Source of the DNA: Candidatus Phycocordibacter aenigmaticus
GTDB taxonomy: Bacteria > Patescibacteriota > Minisyncoccia > Phycocordibacterales > Phycocordibacteraceae
NCBI GenBank assembly: GCA_045401115.1
Contig: CP174359.1
Location: forward strand, 419,247 to 483,246
Length of the DNA: 64,000 bases
Reading direction: 5' to 3'
Positions 29,382 through 38,379 of the stretch are shown in pieces. Numbering within the stretch: the stretch's first letter is position 1; every line of letters begins with the position of its first letter. The notes under the pieces were generated by a model. The model saw only the letters and a program-made list of their open reading frames with translations, did not search any database and was not told the origin of the DNA. The translations under genes were made by a program, and so were the position numbers.

Positions 29382-29558
29382 TAGATGGAAGGTGGGAGCT
29401 TCGCTTGAAATTAAAGAAGAATTTGGACAGACACTAAAATAGTGTATATTCTAGAACAGGTCTAATGGCGAGGTTGCTTGCAGTGTTAGCCTATTCAATG
29501 AGGTCCAAGAATTTCTTGGATACCCAGTAGGTATATTGTATAGTTCTAAAGTATTCAA

Positions 29559-29629
29559 TCCGGGATCGTCTAATGGCAGGACGCTTGGTTTTGGTCCAAG
29601 AAATTGGGGTTCGAGTCCCTGTCCCGGAA
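29559..29629 (+). tRNA. tRNA-Gln(TTG)
   Basis: TCCGGGA/TCCCGGA acceptor, CTTGG-TTTTGGT-CCAAG, GGTTCGAGTCC. Confidence 0.95.
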
Positions 29630-30051
29630 CTAGGTTACGTTACACACCCGATACGAGAGTATCGGGTGTTTACGTACACCTTTCCGGGACAGGGACTCGA
29701 AAGACGGAAGCGCAGGGCTCCCGTTGTGCTGAGTTATATGCACAATGGGAACGCTGAGTCCGGGCAGGAGGTCGTTATGAGTTTTCATGCCGGCAGGCAG
29801 GCAAAACGAATTACGAACCTGACGCCGAGTCCCTGTCCCGGAACTAGAAAGAAAAGCCGCTTTCAGCGGCTTTTCTTAGTTCCGGAGACAAGAACGGTGC
29901 CTGCGCACCGTTCGGGGGACTCGAACCGCCGGAGGCATGTCGCGCGCAGCGGAGCGAGCACGAAGCCGAGGCGTGGCCCGCGGTCGTTATGAATATTTTC
30001 TGAAAGAAAATATGAATTACGAACCATCAGGCTCTAGCCCTGTCCCGGAAC
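29630..30051 (+). repeat. tRNA-3'-linked element, 2 tandem units (core types B and C)
   Basis: Perfect 20-nt antisense (29682-29701); perfect 22-nt sense copy (29826-29847); split antisense (29877-29927); further sense copy (30038-30051). Confidence 0.9.
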
Positions 30052-30055
30052 AAAA

Positions 30056-30115
30056 TAAACGGCTCACCCAGGTGAGCCGTTCTTTGCTAAACGGCTCAGT
30101 GCACTGAGCTGTTTA
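30056..30115. repeat. Two tandem REP-like palindromes
   Basis: AAACGGCTCACCCAGGTGAGCCGTT and AAACGGCTCAGTGCACTGAGCTGTTT. Confidence 0.8.
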
Positions 30116-30279
30116 TTTTTTAAATAAAAATCAAAAATGTGATGCTTTAAAGAAAGAGATTTTTGAGGTGGCTGGGTTACCTCTAAAAACAGTGCCAGTT
30201 GGGTCGAATTTTGCGTTAGCGATCAATGAAATTGTGGGGTAACTTGAACCTTGAGGGGAAGAGCGTATAATTTAACTCA

Positions 30280-30765
30280 ATGGACACACTTCTAAAACAA
30301 CTTACCTCATACAATCTATTCAACTACCTCTTACCGGGGGTGCTCTTTGCGGTTTTCATGGAATTTTTTACTCCATATTCATTTGCAGACCTTCATCCAA
30401 TAATTACGGCACTTATCTACTATTTTACAGGCATGGTCATAAGTCGTATCGGCTCACTTATTGTGGAGCCGTTTTTAAAATGGATTAAGTTTGTTAAATT
30501 TGCAGACCATAAAGATTTTGTAATTGCATCTCTAAAAAACTCAAAAATTGAAGTACTTTCAGAGGCTAACAACACTTACCGCACTCTCACCGCACTTTTT
30601 TTGGTGATGTTGCTAATAAAATTATACGAGTCACTGGCAAGCGTGTTTTCTGTGTTGTCTAACGGTACCGTACTCCCGCTTCTTTTATTGTTCGGAGTTT
30701 TTCTTTTTTCGTACAGAAAACAAACTGAATATATTACAAGTACAATAGAGGCAACTAAAGTATGA
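30280..30765 (+). CDS. Multi-TM hypothetical membrane protein (island gene 1)
   Basis: About 4 hydrophobic segments; TTGAAC..TATAAT promoter; stop overlaps next ATG. Confidence 0.75.
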   Translation: MDTLLKQLTSYNLFNYLLPGVLFAVFMEFFTPYSFADLHPIITALIYYFTGMVISRIGSLIVEPFLKWIKFVKFADHKDFVIASLKNSKIEVLSEANNTYRTLTALFLVMLLIKLYESLASVFSVLSNGTVLPLLLLFGVFLFSYRKQTEYITSTIEATKV

Positions 30766-31853
30766 GCGATTTTTACGAAGTAGACCTCTTTAAGGTTGGA
30801 AACGGAAAAAGCGGTGATGCGATTTGTTTAAGGTATCAGCGAGAAGCGGACGAGCATATAACAATCCATGTAGTGGATGGGGGTTATGTTGAAAATGCAG
30901 ATGAATTTGTTGCACACATTAACTCACATTATGGAGACCCTCAGCGTATCGAACATGTGGTACTTACACATCCGGACGGTGATCATGCCGGGGGGCTCAG
31001 AAAAATTCTCGAAGAATTTGAAGTTGGCACACTATGGGTGAACCGACCTTGGAACCATGTCGCGGATTTGTTACCACGTTTCGATTATCCATATACACCA
31101 GATGGTCTCGTGCAAAGATTAAAAAAAGATTTTTCTCATACCGCTACTTTAGAAAAAATAGCTCAAGAGAAAGGGATTGAGATTAGAGATGCATTTCAAG
31201 GACAAGAAATCGGAGCGTTTAAAGTTCTTTCTCCCACGCGTTCCTTCTATTTAGATCTTGTTATTGAATCAGAAAAGACACCAGAGGCTGAACGTGAAGC
31301 GTCAATCGTAGGAAAGGTTTATGAGGCAGTGCATGAAGTAATCGGCAAAGTGGCTTCTTTGTGGGGAGTAGAGAACCTAAAAGGTGACTCAGTCGGCACA
31401 AGTGCTGAGAATGAAATGAGTATTGTACAACTCGCAAATTTAAGTAATGAAAAAATTCTCTTAACTGGCGATGCAGGAGTACGTGCTCTAGGTTTAGCGT
31501 ATGACTATGTTCGTGGAATTGGAATTCCGCTACCTGGTATTGATAAATTTCAAGTACCCCATCATGGCTCAAGAAGAAACCTTTCAACAGAAATATTAGA
31601 CCAATGGCTTGGGGAAAGATTACCGGATATGCCCACACCTGAACAACAAACCATAGCAGCTATGATTTCTGCTCATGAAGATGATCCGGCTCATCCTAAA
31701 AATGCTGTGGTACGCGCAATGTGGCATAGGGGTGCCGGTGTAGGTTCAACCGAGAATCAAGAATTTCTTTACTGGAAACCAGACGGACAACCTAATCGTC
31801 CTGGTTGCGGGCCGGTTGCAGGCCTACCGTATCCTAACGATATGGAAGAATAA
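30762..31853 (+). CDS. ComEC/Rec2-like MBL-fold metallohydrolase (island gene 2)
   Basis: GDA, VVDGG, THPDGDH, NEMS, LTGDA, PHHGS. Confidence 0.85.
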   Translation: MSDFYEVDLFKVGNGKSGDAICLRYQREADEHITIHVVDGGYVENADEFVAHINSHYGDPQRIEHVVLTHPDGDHAGGLRKILEEFEVGTLWVNRPWNHVADLLPRFDYPYTPDGLVQRLKKDFSHTATLEKIAQEKGIEIRDAFQGQEIGAFKVLSPTRSFYLDLVIESEKTPEAEREASIVGKVYEAVHEVIGKVASLWGVENLKGDSVGTSAENEMSIVQLANLSNEKILLTGDAGVRALGLAYDYVRGIGIPLPGIDKFQVPHHGSRRNLSTEILDQWLGERLPDMPTPEQQTIAAMISAHEDDPAHPKNAVVRAMWHRGAGVGSTENQEFLYWKPDGQPNRPGCGPVAGLPYPNDMEE

Positions 31854-31857
31854 GTTT

Positions 31858-32856
31858 ATGGGTGTAGTTCACTTTTTAAACGTTAAGGATGGAGATTGTC
31901 ATGTTATTCAACATCCGTTAGGTCACGTTTCTGTTATTGATGTATGCAATGCATATTTAGATTATGAAACTACAGAGACAGAAGGAGTGGATTTTTCTGC
32001 AAAATCTTTGGGTGTCTCTGGCAATTTTAATCAAAAGGCAAATCCAGAGAATCCAATTGATTACTTAGAGAATCAAGGTATTTCTTCAGTATTTCGCTTC
32101 ATTCTCACGCATCCAGACATGGACCACATGGATGGAATTGAAGATTTCTTTGATGAATTTCCCCCTACTAACTTCTGGGATACTGAAAACTCAAAAGAAA
32201 TTATAGATTTTAAAAAGAAGTATAAAGAATCTGACTGGGACTTCTATAAGTCTTTAAGAGATAACAATGGTGATAACATTACAAAACGTCTGACATTGTA
32301 TGCTGGGGCAAGAAATAAATTTTTTAATAGAAACGAAGATGGAAATGGTGGGGGTGATGGGTTACATGTACTTTCACCAACTCCTGAATTAATAAATCAA
32401 GCAAACGACAAAGAAGATTGGAATGATTCATCTTATGTCATCCTTTACCGAACCGGTGCTCGAAAGATTCTATTCACAGGCGATTCACACGATAGCACTT
32501 GGGAGCATATATTAGAAAATTATGAAAACGATGTAAAAGATATAGATGTTTTAATGGCACCACATCACGGACGTGATTCAAACCGTAATTATGATTTTCT
32601 TGATGTGGTAAATCCGAAATTAACCCTGTTTGGTAATGCAAAATCAAAGCATTTAGCTTATGATAAATGGAGTAATAGAGGGTTAAAATATATTACTAAT
32701 AATCAGGCTGGGACAATAATTCTTAACCCAGATGGAAGCGATTTCGAAGTTTATGTTACGTGCAAAGCTTTTGCAGAAGCGTATGCCACTCAAGAAAGAA
32801 GAAATACATTTTTTTATGATAAACACTCAGCTTGGTATTTAATGGATATTATCTAA
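31858..32856 (+). CDS. Second ComEC/Rec2-like MBL-fold metallohydrolase (island gene 3)
   Basis: FLNVKDGDC, THPDMDH, NDSS, FTGDS, PHHGR; ATG at 31858. Confidence 0.85.
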   Translation: MGVVHFLNVKDGDCHVIQHPLGHVSVIDVCNAYLDYETTETEGVDFSAKSLGVSGNFNQKANPENPIDYLENQGISSVFRFILTHPDMDHMDGIEDFFDEFPPTNFWDTENSKEIIDFKKKYKESDWDFYKSLRDNNGDNITKRLTLYAGARNKFFNRNEDGNGGGDGLHVLSPTPELINQANDKEDWNDSSYVILYRTGARKILFTGDSHDSTWEHILENYENDVKDIDVLMAPHHGRDSNRNYDFLDVVNPKLTLFGNAKSKHLAYDKWSNRGLKYITNNQAGTIILNPDGSDFEVYVTCKAFAEAYATQERRNTFFYDKHSAWYLMDII

Positions 32857-32973
32857 TTTCAGATACCAGTGGGATGGATTTGAGAGGTATAATAAGCCCT
32901 AACATCGTCCCAGACAGTTAAACAAGAAAAAAGCCGCTTTCAGCGGCTTTTTAAATTAAGCATTTTTTCTTAC

Positions 32974-34254
32974 TTACCTCTTTGGCACAAACGTCAATGC
33001 TTTTCCTTGTTTATCGCCACGGCCGGTGCGGCCAATGCGGTGTACGTAATCCTCGAACGTACCAGGTAGGTCATAGTTAATCACGTGTGACACTTGCTCT
33101 ACGTGGATACCACGCGCCGCAACGTCAGTCGCAACCAAGACACGTGCTTCACCGCTCTTAAAGCGTGAGAGCGCGTTCTGTCGTTGCCCGTGAGTTTTAT
33201 TTCCATGAATTGCTGTTGCGGAAATACCCGAGTCTGAGAGTTGCTGAGCAATTTTCTGTACACTATGTTTCATTGCGCCGAATATGAGTACACGCTTGAG
33301 TTCAGGATCCTTGAGAAGGTTAGTGAGTGTCCCAAATTTATCAGCTTGGAGGTAGTGTACGACGTCTTGTTCAATGCTCTGTGTAATGTCGTTTTTCTTA
33401 ACCGACACCGTAACAGGATCTTTGAGGAAATCGTCTGTTAATTTCTTGGTTTTTACGTCAAAGGTCGCTGAGAAGAAGAGTGTCTCTCTTTCTTTTGGAA
33501 TCTCTGAGATGATTTTCTTAATATCGGTAATGAATCCCATATCAAGCATACGGTCAGCTTCGTCCAGTACAACGGTTGTAATGTACTGTGGCTTGAGTGC
33601 TCCTCTTTTAATGAGGTCAAGGATACGCCCCGGTGTTCCGATAACAAAATCGTTAGGACGACTCACCGCACGAAGCTGTGGGCGAATATCAACACCGCCG
33701 ACACACATTGCTGAGAAGATACGGAAACATGAAGAGAGTTTCTGTAGTTCGTCTCGAATTTGAACAGCAAGTTCACGTGTAGGCGCAATAATGAGTGTTT
33801 GCCGATTTTGGTCTTTGAGCGCTTTTTCAATAAGCGGTATCAAGAACGCAGCTGTTTTACCGGTGCCGGTTTCTGCTAAACCAATAACGTCCTGGCCTTT
33901 AAGAATAGTAGGGATGATTTGGTCTTGAATAGGCGTTGGTTTGGTCATACCAAGTTTCACAATATGATCCGCAAACTTTTTGTTGATTCCAATATTTTCA
34001 AAAGAGTGCTCTGGCACATACTCCTCTTGTACTACTTTTTTAGGGTTGGTGTTAATAAAGTTGGCTGGGTTGAATGTAGGCATTTTACGGCCGCCACGAG
34101 CACCGCCGCGTGCGCCACCACGAAAGCCGCCACGAGCGGGTCCACGGGAAGGTCCACGAGAACCACCACCTGATCGTGATGATGAATGAAACGGTTTACG
34201 TTTTTGAGATGAATAAGGCGCACCTCGACGCTGTCGATTATTATTTGTATTCAT
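32974..34254 (-). CDS. DEAD-box RNA helicase with RGG-rich N-terminus
   Basis: PTPIQ, AETGTGKT, PTRELA, TPGR, DEAD, SAT, ARG, HRIGRTGR. Confidence 0.95.
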   Translation of the reverse strand: MNTNNNRQRRGAPYSSQKRKPFHSSSRSGGGSRGPSRGPARGGFRGGARGGARGGRKMPTFNPANFINTNPKKVVQEEYVPEHSFENIGINKKFADHIVKLGMTKPTPIQDQIIPTILKGQDVIGLAETGTGKTAAFLIPLIEKALKDQNRQTLIIAPTRELAVQIRDELQKLSSCFRIFSAMCVGGVDIRPQLRAVSRPNDFVIGTPGRILDLIKRGALKPQYITTVVLDEADRMLDMGFITDIKKIISEIPKERETLFFSATFDVKTKKLTDDFLKDPVTVSVKKNDITQSIEQDVVHYLQADKFGTLTNLLKDPELKRVLIFGAMKHSVQKIAQQLSDSGISATAIHGNKTHGQRQNALSRFKSGEARVLVATDVAARGIHVEQVSHVINYDLPGTFEDYVHRIGRTGRGDKQGKALTFVPKR

Positions 34255-34453
34255 TTTTTTATAGTTAACAAACCTCAGTTACGAGGTGTGCAGGTTGAAA
34301 AATCAAACGTAGTCAGATAGAAAGTTTGAGGCTAGTGAGCCCCACACGAGTATCAAAAGCGTGTGTGTATAATAGTATATTTACGATTTTTGTCAATCTA
34401 CTATTTTTGATCCTCGGAAGAGGGTGTACACAATGCATATTTTAAAAAGTGAC

Positions 34454-34487
34454 ATATAAACGGCTCATTCCATTGAGCCGTTTATAT
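34454..34487. repeat. REP-like palindrome
   Basis: ATATAAACGGCTCA-TTCCAT-TGAGCCGTTTATAT. Confidence 0.8.
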
Positions 34488-34572
34488 TTATAGAGAAGTA
34501 TAGGGACCTATCCACTTTACAAGGAATATATTTTAAATCAGAAGTTGGTTGCTATAGTACACTATAAAAGAT

Positions 34573-34776
34573 ATGGATATAGAATTTATCAGCAGTACGT
34601 TTGAGGTAATAGGTACAGTGCTTATTGCGCTCGCTGCACTTCGCGTACACCACCGTGTACTCCACGACCATCGTATTTCAGACAGCGTATCGAAAGTCAT
34701 GCGTTTTGAGCAAAAGTTAGGCATTTTGGGAATACTCCTTGTTCTGCTTGGGTATGCGTTGAGTATCGTGTTCTAA
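34573..34776 (+). CDS. Small two-TM hypothetical protein
   Basis: Two hydrophobic helices around LRVHHRV. Confidence 0.6.
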   Translation: MDIEFISSTFEVIGTVLIALAALRVHHRVLHDHRISDSVSKVMRFEQKLGILGILLVLLGYALSIVF

Positions 34777-34937
34777 CGTATACCTAACTTGTTTAGTGTC
34801 TAAACCGTAGTGGGGCACTACATCTTCAGTGTGTGCATCTATACGATTGATGTTTATCCACATATAATCTGTAAAACTTCTTTACACTGTTTACACCCAC
34901 AAGGTACTATAGAAACATAGCAATAACACTATGTTCT

Positions 34938-35585
34938 ATGCACGACACACAAGCAAAACTTCTCACCCTTATTCGTCAAAATAAAAATCTCGGCAGGCAG
35001 AGCCTCCGTCAAATTGCCAGCTTTATTGATGCCGAAGGAAAACCACAGGTAGTAAAGTATCACTTACGTAAACTTGAAGAGGCAGGGTTGATTCAGCTGA
35101 ACTTAGCAAAAGGTATTATTAAACCAGTCCAGAAAGGAGTAACTGGAAAAGTGCGCAGTTTGTTCTTTTCACTACCTATTGTGGGTGCGGCGAATTGTGG
35201 CCCCGCGACGGTCTTTGCCGATGAGCGTATTGAGGGGTATCTCAAAGTCTCAACAAACATGCTTCCACACCGAAAGAATGATCTGTATGTACTAGTGGCG
35301 GACGGTCCTTCTATGAATAAGGCTGAGGTTCACGACGGAGTAACTATTGAAAATGGTGATTTTGTCGTAGTAGATAGCAAAGCTAAAAACCCTAAGAACG
35401 GTGATATCGTAGTTGCCGTTATAGATGGTATGGCTACTATCAAGCGCTATACAATTGACCGGGTGAATAACTGTATTGTATTGAATGCTGAGTCAACAGA
35501 GAAGTATCACCCAGTGTATTTACATAGTGGTGACGATTTTACTATCTCCGGCAAGGTGATTGATGTCATTAAAAAAAGCACATAA
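34938..35585 (+). CDS. lexA: LexA/CI-like repressor (winged HTH + S24 peptidase)
   Basis: HLRKLEEAGLI wHTH, ANCG cleavage site, GPSM Ser, TIKR Lys. Confidence 0.8.
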   Translation: MHDTQAKLLTLIRQNKNLGRQSLRQIASFIDAEGKPQVVKYHLRKLEEAGLIQLNLAKGIIKPVQKGVTGKVRSLFFSLPIVGAANCGPATVFADERIEGYLKVSTNMLPHRKNDLYVLVADGPSMNKAEVHDGVTIENGDFVVVDSKAKNPKNGDIVVAVIDGMATIKRYTIDRVNNCIVLNAESTEKYHPVYLHSGDDFTISGKVIDVIKKST

Positions 35586-35596
35586 ACATTCATTAC

Positions 35597-35884
35597 ATGG
35601 CGGTGGGTGAATATCATATAGAGGTAGAAGAGATTGAGCCGTTCCCTGAGGCACTCTTTCGAGTAACAGTGCGTGCTGAAGATGCTACGACTGAACATAT
35701 GGTGACACTCGATTGGGCATACTTTACAAAACTGCGAGGTGATAGGGAGGTCGAGGCATTTATACAAGATTCTTTTATGTTTTTACTTGAGCGTGAAGCG
35801 CCAAGTGCGATTCTGTCTCAGTTCAATATGCGTACCGTTGTCACTTATTTTCCCGAATATGAAAAAAATATCGCAAAAAAATAA
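35597..35884 (+). CDS. Hypothetical protein
   Basis: Clean ORF in operon; SFMFLLERE..YFPEYE motif. Confidence 0.7.
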   Translation: MAVGEYHIEVEEIEPFPEALFRVTVRAEDATTEHMVTLDWAYFTKLRGDREVEAFIQDSFMFLLEREAPSAILSQFNMRTVVTYFPEYEKNIAKK

Positions 35885-36182
35885 GTATCATGTCACTGCA
35901 CAAGTTTGGATATACCCAGGGAAGCAGGCGCAATGGTATTTTATTACCATACCTAAAAAAGAAAGTTCTGAGATAAAAAAATCTTACGGGCATGTTGCAC
36001 GTGGGTGGAGGTCACTGCCGGTGTGTGTGACGATAGGGCAGACAGAATGGCGTACCTCAGTGTTTCCTGACTCTCATTCAGGTTCATATTTACTTCCTCT
36101 TAAAGCTGCAGTGCGTCGAGCAGAGGCGATAGAAAGTGGGGACTCTGTTCGGTGCAGTCTTAGTATTTTATTAGATGTATAA
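35859..36182 (+). CDS. DUF1905-family protein
   Basis: WYFITIP, WRTSVFP, YLLPLKAAVRRAE; ATG at 35859. Confidence 0.8.
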   Translation: MKKISQKNKYHVTAQVWIYPGKQAQWYFITIPKKESSEIKKSYGHVARGWRSLPVCVTIGQTEWRTSVFPDSHSGSYLLPLKAAVRRAEAIESGDSVRCSLSILLDV

Positions 36183-36258
36183 ATTACTTCAGAACATCCT
36201 ACTGTAGACTTTCGCTGCTTTTGGGGAGTTTCTATAAAGATTGTCTTTGTTATACTAG

Positions 36259-36744
36259 ATGTATATGAAAAAAGCATTACCTTGGGTTATCGGTATTATT
36301 ATTGTAATGGGCGGTCTTTTATATTGGTCGGCATCGTTTCAATCCAACGCGCAACTTCAATTTGTAAATGAATCAGATGTGGCATGTCTACCAAATGGTC
36401 ACCAACAGATCGCGGTACACATTCACCCTATTTTATCGATTACAGTTGATGGTATGGCTGAAACAATACCAGCAAATATTGGTATAACACGCAATTGTAT
36501 GGCTGAGGTACATACACACGACTCTAGTGGAACGCTACATATAGAAACAGCTGATGCGTCTCGTCTATCAGAACTTTCTTTCTCTCACTTTTTTGATATG
36601 TGGGAACAACCAATTGAGCGCGAAGGATATCAACTAACCATTAAGGTAGATGGTGTAGAAGTAGATTCGGTAGATAATGTTCCACTGCGTGACCAAGCAA
36701 AGATTGAACTCATCTATACTTCTGAGTCTCAAGAAAGTGCGTAA
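36259..36744 (+). CDS. Membrane-anchored His-motif hypothetical protein
   Basis: TM; HIHP, IPANIGI, HTHD..G.LHIE. Confidence 0.7.
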   Translation: MYMKKALPWVIGIIIVMGGLLYWSASFQSNAQLQFVNESDVACLPNGHQQIAVHIHPILSITVDGMAETIPANIGITRNCMAEVHTHDSSGTLHIETADASRLSELSFSHFFDMWEQPIEREGYQLTIKVDGVEVDSVDNVPLRDQAKIELIYTSESQESA

Positions 36745-36789
36745 CCATACATACAGAACGTTGCTACTGTCGTATACTGTTTGTAAGGT

Positions 36790-37812
36790 ATGTTCTATGC
36801 TTCTGTGCTTGCGTTATTGTTTACTGCCCTCACGGTGTTTGGTTGGGGGTTATCAGTCGAGGCGTTTATTAACGATTCTGAAATTGTAGAAATAAATGAA
36901 CCAGGTCCTGACGCACCTCCTCCAGAAAATACAGTCCAAGTAGGTGTTGATACTACAAATAATTCATCACTAAACAATTCTGAAGAAGGTGACGACAGTG
37001 GCAATGAAACACTCTCGTTGGATAATAGTGGTGCAACCACCACTATTACGTTCAGTGAAGATACACAAGAGCAGGAGAACGATACAAGCACTCAGACTTC
37101 AGTGACTACTGAAGTGTCGATAACCACAGAAACTGAGACATCCGCGTCTGGTGACGCTTCTTCTGGTGGCTCAGGAGGGACAACTAGCACTACTGAAACG
37201 ACGGTTTCCGACCCAGCGTCTGTCATTGCTTCGTTGATTGGTTCAGGCGCTGTACTGTTTTTAGGAGGAGGATCAGTGGAAGGCGGTAGTGGTAATAACG
37301 GAACATTTACAGACAGCACAGTGCGTATTGATGCCGCTCGTGCTCGTGCGTCTTTTAAAGTGCAACGTATCACACAATTATCTCTATCAGGTGTTGAAGC
37401 GGTTATACGTGGGCGAGAAGGGAACGTGACACAACGTTTCAATGAGAATGATTTTGCATTATTTGTTTCGTCAAAACTCCTTCAAGATGAGTATATTGAT
37501 GATGTTGCGTTAACGGGACACACGGTGGACATTGAATATCGTGCATTAGGTCGTTTATTCGGTATATTTCCTTTACGTTATGTAATGAACGTGAGTGTTG
37601 ACTTTAACGATGCAGACAGCGTGCTAGTTGATATTCGTTTCCCTTGGTATAAATTTTTCCTTGCATCCGGTGTTTCTTCTACTGAACTTGAACGTGTACT
37701 TATCGCTGAAGTAAAAAATAACATTTCATTACAGAGTGAAGATGTATTTGGTGTAGCAACACAAGTGTTCGCTGCAGTAATTGAAACACTCCAGACGTAT
37801 TTAGATGTGTAA
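36790..37812 (+). CDS. Secreted protein with Ser/Thr/acidic low-complexity region
   Basis: Signal peptide; S/T/E-rich N half; globular C-terminus (GRLFGIFP, FPWYKF). Confidence 0.7.
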   Translation: MFYASVLALLFTALTVFGWGLSVEAFINDSEIVEINEPGPDAPPPENTVQVGVDTTNNSSLNNSEEGDDSGNETLSLDNSGATTTITFSEDTQEQENDTSTQTSVTTEVSITTETETSASGDASSGGSGGTTSTTETTVSDPASVIASLIGSGAVLFLGGGSVEGGSGNNGTFTDSTVRIDAARARASFKVQRITQLSLSGVEAVIRGREGNVTQRFNENDFALFVSSKLLQDEYIDDVALTGHTVDIEYRALGRLFGIFPLRYVMNVSVDFNDADSVLVDIRFPWYKFFLASGVSSTELERVLIAEVKNNISLQSEDVFGVATQVFAAVIETLQTYLDV

Positions 37813-37870
37813 ACACCTTCATAATACAATCATCTGTGAGGTAATAAATAATAAGCTATACTAAAAAAGA

Positions 37871-38377
37871 ATGAAGTATATCAAGCAAGGAGGTCTCTAT
37901 TCTGTTGGATTTCTCGTGGTGGTAGTACTTGGATTAGTTGTGTTGTGGTTTTTAACTACTCAACAACAAAATAATTCTCCTATACAGCACGTCGTTCAAG
38001 GTGTTTCAGTGAGCGGTAGTCTTATTGAATTACTTGAGGAAGGGGGTAATCGTCATTGTTCTTTTGTACAGGCACAAAGTAATAGCGAGATACAAGGATC
38101 GGTATATATTGATAATTCGCGCGCTCGCGCCAATTTTATTAGCGTAGAAGACGGGCTTACGCTCACAGTGCATCTTATTGTACGTGATGGGACGTTGTAT
38201 GTGTGGTCGCCAATGGCTCCAATAGGAGTGCAAACAGATTATAATCTCGCAGATATTCAAGCAGACTCAGCTCGGTATGGTAACGCGCTTCAAGTATATG
38301 AATATACGTGTGAACCGTGGGATGCTGTAGATGAATTTTTTGCACTCCCAACAGAGATTGAATTTACTGGTGAATAA
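37871..38377 (+). CDS. Membrane-anchored hypothetical protein
   Basis: N-terminal TM; CSF..GSVY..YVWS..CEPW..FALP pattern. Confidence 0.7.
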   Translation: MKYIKQGGLYSVGFLVVVVLGLVVLWFLTTQQQNNSPIQHVVQGVSVSGSLIELLEEGGNRHCSFVQAQSNSEIQGSVYIDNSRARANFISVEDGLTLTVHLIVRDGTLYVWSPMAPIGVQTDYNLADIQADSARYGNALQVYEYTCEPWDAVDEFFALPTEIEFTGE

Positions 38378-38379
38378 AT

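Noticed and set aside
29682-29847. Type B core as a hammerhead ribozyme (CGAAA and CTGA present)
   Set aside because: Reads CTGACGCC rather than CUGANGA, and no A-U pair plus NUH cleavage triplet can be placed.
29630-32960. Prophage or integrative element at tRNA-Gln
   Set aside because: No integrase, transposase or phage genes; kept only as a small island.
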